Shown piece after piece: positions 62,598 through 64,000 of a stretch of 64,000 nucleotides of DNA. The position numbers and the translations under genes are program-made. This stretch comes from Chiloscyllium plagiosum (taxonomy: Eukaryota), in contig NC_057720.1 in NCBI RefSeq assembly GCF_004010195.1, forward strand, positions 7,491,117 through 7,555,116, written 5' to 3'. The notes below the pieces were generated by a model. That model ran no database searches and was not told the origin of the DNA. It saw only the letters and a list, made by a program, of their open reading frames with translations. Positions within the stretch are counted from its first letter, which is position 1. Each line of letters starts with the position of its first letter.

Positions 62598-62920
62598 CTT
62601 TTTTCATTCACAGGATGAGGGTGTCTCTGAGCAGGTCAGTGTTTATTGCCCAGAGGGCAGTTAAGAGTCAGTCACATTGCTGTGGGTCTGGAGTCACATA
62701 AAGGCCAGGCCAGTAAGGATGGCAGGTTTCCTTCTCTAAGGGACATTAGTGAAGCAGATGGGTTATTCTGACAACCAATCATTATACACGTTGTTACAGA
62801 TATGTATTGAATTCAAATTCCATCAGCTTCCATGGCCAGATTTGAACCCAGGTCCCCAGAATAATACCACAGTCTCTGGATTAACAGCCCAGCGATAATG
62901 CCACTAAGCCATTGCCTCCC
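62598..62920 (-). mobile_element. tRNA-derived SINE family D
   Basis: Collinear with 30740-31092. Confidence 0.8.
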
Positions 62921-63451
62921 CTCTACTTCTGGGCTCTCAAGATCCAAGGTGTATTTCTCAGGGAACCCAACAGCAAGTGGGTAATCATTTTGATACTCTG
63001 TTCGCAACATTGGTATCGTGGGGGATAAATGGATCTGAGGGTCAGAGGCAATGACGGGGGGGTAGCTTTCAAATGTTCTGGGTGGCTCCAAATCTGGGGC
63101 AATTGGAGGCTGAAACTTTCCTAACCTTGCAATTTGAAAACTAACTAACCGCCTTTGTTGCCTTTTAGTGTTGTTAGATCTTTGTCGACTGCCGCAGGCA
63201 CAAATGGGCCGAATGGCCTTCTCCTGTGCTGTAAAATATCTACGAGCCTAAGAGAGAGGAAGGGTCAGAAATCTATCTTGAGCAATGGTGCAAAGCCAAT
63301 ACTATCAGGCCAGGCTGCCTGTTATGTGCGGCGTCACAGTATTCAATCCTGTCGCTGTGTGTAGAATTAAATATCAGTGACTACTTATAGCAGGGGACCA
63401 AACACACACTGGTCCATTTTGATCCACTGAACAAAACAAATTTCTACCCAT

Positions 63452-63492
63452 GTGTGTGTGAGAGAGAGAGCGAGCGAGAGAGAGAGAGAGAG
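63452..63492. repeat. Compound (TG)n(AG)n microsatellite
   Basis: tgtgtgtgtgagagagagagcgagcgagagagagagagag. Confidence 0.9.
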
Positions 63493-64000
63493 CATGTGTA
63501 AGAAACTCCAACAGAACACATTCAATGTGACTGCGATATTGTGCACAGGGAGGCTGTTTGATAGTGATATTACCACAGATTCAAATCAGAATACTTCAAT
63601 TTGCTGATCACATTTTTTTGTCTAAACTACCCAAGTGGCAAGTGTAAGTCATTGAATGAAAAAAAGCAGAGCTTGAGATACAGGTGAAAATTTAACCCCC
63701 ATTTTCCAATAAGCTTTTAAGGGGCAGAAAATTGTTCCTTTAGTCTCTCCGATGTACAGTGCCTGTGGTTGTTACTGGGACTGATCCGAAGTCTGCAACC
63801 AGACACCAAGTCTGGACAGAGCAGGTAGGTTAAATCTGAGGGCTGTCTAAATTGCCCACTTCTGGGACTGAGGGGCTTCACCTCGTCTTCACAGACAGGC
63901 CGTCTCCTCTAGACAGGTTCATCTCCGACCGATCCATTTATTGAGAAATTGAAAATCAAGTGGTCTCCTTAGGCAGGTTTCCCTCTGCATTATTCATGAC

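Overview
Eukaryotic, repeat-dense (roughly half or more TE-derived), ~43-45% GC intronic/intergenic DNA from a cartilaginous fish, most likely a shark. The repeat content is the elasmobranch set: HE1-type V-SINEs, HER1/CR1 LINE fragments, DeuSINE (SacSINE1-like) copies, Rex1/Babar LINE pieces, many Penelope-like element (PLE) termini and two TA-flanked MITEs. One 69-N assembly gap is present. No intact protein-coding gene can be identified: the longer ORFs are decayed CR1, Rex-Babar or Penelope remnants or tandem-repeat read-through, and only a few low-confidence candidate exons are seen. The most notable structures are: (1) two oppositely oriented arrays of one 51-bp CR1-tail-derived minisatellite enclosing a ~490-bp unique core with a candidate 50-nt exon; (2) Penelope-derived fold-back mini-elements with target-site duplications that carry minimal type I hammerhead ribozyme cores, including two loci where two different families sit side by side at essentially one target site; (3) a 33-bp minisatellite expanded inside a DeuSINE. 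Repeat boundaries were read by eye and are approximate, and family names come from recall rather than a database search.
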